Shown piece after piece: positions 17,988-20,659 of a stretch of 20,659 nucleotides of DNA (position 1 is the first letter of the stretch; each line of letters begins with the position of its first letter). Position numbers and translations under genes: made by a program. The stretch comes from Rhizaria sp. SCN 62-66 (lineage: Eukaryota): assembly GCA_001724265.1 (NCBI GenBank), contig MEDY01000033.1, forward strand, positions 186,001-206,659, in the 5' to 3' direction. The notes below the pieces were generated by a model. That model did not search any database. It worked only from the letters and a program-made list of their open reading frames with translations, and was not told where the DNA came from.

Positions 17988-20659
17988 ATGGACCCGTCGG
18001 TTCCTGAGGAAGGCTTCGCCCCCGTGGCGTCGTCGGCGGCGCCGCTGCTTCCCCCTTCAGTAGTCTCTGTCTCCACGGCTACAGCCTCGGCCCCGGCGTC
18101 CGCCGCGGCCACAGCCCTCTGCAGCTCGGCTCCCAGCTCTGCCGCGCAGCTCTCCGCGCTCAGCTCGACCCAGCGCGACATCAAGTTTACGTCCCAGGTC
18201 GAGCAGTCGGTGCACACGCTCGTGCGCTCGCTGCGCTCCAAGGTTGTCAACCTCGAGGTCCTGCTCTCTAAGGTCTACGACACAGAGTTCGCCTTCGACT
18301 ACGCCACCGAGCTACTAATCGCGGGCGACCGCACCGACAACCTCGGCGCGCCGTCTGGCTCGGGCTCCGCGGGCGCGGCCGGCAGCGCGGGCGCCAGCGT
18401 CGGCGGCGGCGCAGACATGGGCTTCACGGCGACATCCTCCTTCACCGCGACCAAGCCGTTTCCCTACGACGTAGAGCTCAAGTACAAGGAGCTGCTGAAG
18501 CTGCTGCGCGCGCACCCAGCGCTGCTGGCCGAGGCTCTCGCGTTCTGGGACGGCGGCTTTTCCCCCGCCGCCACTTCGGGCCACGCCCACAGCAACTCAT
18601 TCTCGGGTCCATCGCCGTCACCCAACGCGGGCGGCGGTGCTGCGTACGCCGCGGCGGCCGCCCGCAGCGCGCATCTGCTGCCGTCGTCGCCCGTGGCGCC
18701 GTCGCGGTCGTTGCAACCCTCGGCGGCCGACGCCGCGGTCGCCGCGGGCCACTCGGTCGTCACCTTCCCCCGCTCGCAGACGTCCACCGGCGGCGGCGAG
18801 TGCATCGCCATCCACCCGCTGCCCGCCGCCACGGCCGCCGCGCTGCCCGTGCTCCCCGCGCTCAGGGCCGCCACCATTGCGTCGGCGCCGGCCCCCGCGG
18901 CCGCCAGCAGCGTTTACGCGGGACTTGCGTCGCATGCGCTGTCATCTCCGGCGGCCGTCGCGGCGTCGCTGCGCGCTCAGGTATGTTCGACAGATAGATG
19001 CGAAATGAAATTATGTTGAACAAAAATACGGCGCCTATGGTGCATTTTTTCCAAGAAAAAAGAAGATAATATCATAATATGATTTAATACTCACATTACA
19101 GCCTCGTTCATTGTGATTCGATGACATATTCCTTCTCATATCTCTTTGTTTGTATCGTGTCCTGCTTAGTCCCACTCGCTTGCCCCAGTGCCCCCTGCCC
19201 CCCTGCAGGCCGCCACCGAGGCCGCCCTGGTTTCTGCCATCCTTGGCCCCTCCGTAATCAATGACACACCCGCCAACTTGCTCGACGCGCGCGCCCTTGC
19301 CCCCGCGTTCGCCTACTCATCAGCCCTTACACCCAGTCTAAGCACCTCATCCTCGTCTTCACAGCAGCCGCCGGCCGCGAGCCCTGCGTCGAGCTACGGA
19401 CTGGCGGCGGCGACGGGCGCGGCGGGCGTGCTGCTCTCGGCGCAGTCGCTGCCGGTCGCCGACGCACTCATCCCGCGGCGCGTGGCCGCCAACGCCGCCG
19501 TCGCCGCCGCCGCGGTGCAGGGGCCCGTGCTCGCGCTCTCTGCCGCCGCACTCACCGCCGCGCTCGCCGCGAACGCACCCCAGGACAGCAACAGCCCTGC
19601 TGCTACTGCGACTGTGGCGCTGCAGGGGCCGGCGCTGACGAACGCGATGGCGTTTCCCCCGTCTAGCCAGCTCTTCCCCTCGCAGTCGGACCCGCTGCCG
19701 GTGCCATCGTCCTCCTTCCCCGCCGCCGTCGCGCCCCCCGTGCCCGGCGGGCTCACCTGCTTCACCGCGCTGCCCGCGCCGGCCGCGCCCTCTGCGGACG
19801 CCGCGGCGCCAACAGTCGCCGCGGGCGTGCCGCTGCCGCGTCTGTTGTGCTCCCTCTCCCGCACACTGCTCGTCACGCTCGTCGGCGGAGACTTCGCTAC
19901 ACTCGCCTCCGGAGACCCCGGGCTGGCGCTGGGTCCGCGCGCGCTGCACCTGGACGCTAACGCCGCCGCGCTGGCCGCCGCGACGGTGACCTCGGCCTGT
20001 GCCGCCGCGGTGGCCGCGTACCCGCCCGCGCTGCCGCTGCCGTGGGCCGCCACGGGGCTTGCGCTGGCCCCGGACTCGTTCACGCTGCGGCTGGTGCGGC
20101 GCTACCTGGCCACAGCGGCGGCCGCGCACGGGCGCGCGCTGGTCGAGGCTGGCGCCGACTGGCTCATGCGAAACGACCGCGCCGACCTAGCCGGCGAGTG
20201 GCTCAGCCTCGCGCCCTGGCACGCGCTGCCCGCGGCCGCCCCTGCCGCGGTCGTCGCCGCCGATGGGCACCCCGCCATCGTCGCCGGCGCGATCACCACG
20301 CGCGCGCTGGGCCAGTGGCTCTGCGTCACCACGCCCCCCGTGCCGCTCGCCGCCTCAGCCGGAGGCGCCGCTGCGGGCCCAGGCGCGCTCACGGTCAGCT
20401 CGCCCTCGGCCTCGTCAGGCAACGGCAACGGCAGCGGTGGCAACACGGCCGCCGCGGCGGCCATTGCGGCCGCGGCCGCCGCGCAGGCCGCACCGCTGCC
20501 CGCCGTCGTCGCCGCCGCGGTGGCCGACGCCGCCGCCGCGGACGCTTCGTGGAGCTCCTCGCCAGCTGACAGCATCGGCAACACGGCGACCGTTGTTAGC
20601 GCAGAGGCCGAGGCCGAGGCCGTGGCGGCCGCCGTCGCCGAGGCCGCCGCCAAGACGGC
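17988..20659 (+). CDS. 3'-partial Ala/Pro-rich protein with degenerate RasGAP-like blocks (GAPVD1/IQGAP-like N-terminus); exons 17988-18980 and 19170->20659
   Basis: ATG at 17988. Intron 18981-19169 (GTATGT..TAG, phase 0). Exon 2 is open to the window end and absent from the ORF track. Structured blocks: QRDIKFTSQVEQSVHTLVRSL...ELLI; ELKYKELLKLLRAHPALLAEAL; SLSRTLLVTLVGG; LALAPDSFTLRLVRRYL; WLSLAP. The CDS is secure; the family assignment is tentative. Confidence 0.5.

Noticed and set aside
1..20659. CRISPR array, tRNA/rRNA, transposase or viral genes
   Set aside because: No regularly spaced repeats, cloverleaf or mobile-element motifs were seen by eye; small ncRNAs cannot be excluded without Infernal.

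Overview
Gene-dense eukaryotic DNA, probably from a unicellular protist (taxon not determinable), read with the standard code. Exons are very GC-rich; intergenic spacers and 12 short GT-AG introns (116-248 nt, donor consensus GTAYGT) are AT-rich. Six protein-coding genes can be assembled by hand: (1) a 5'-truncated + strand gene with an Spc7/KNL1-like kinetochore C-terminus; (2) XRCC3; (3) bacterial/plastid-type NAD(P)H glycerol-3-phosphate dehydrogenase; (4) an EamA/DMT transporter with a ~600-aa loop insertion; (5) AP-3 beta adaptin, whose start codon appears split by an intron and which lacks an ear domain; (6) a 3'-truncated + strand gene with degenerate RasGAP (GAPVD1/IQGAP-like) blocks. 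No RNA gene, mobile element, CRISPR array or multi-gene novel system is supported. The notable biology is in gene architecture, large low-complexity insertions and splice-site usage. All homologue comparisons are from memory, not database searches.
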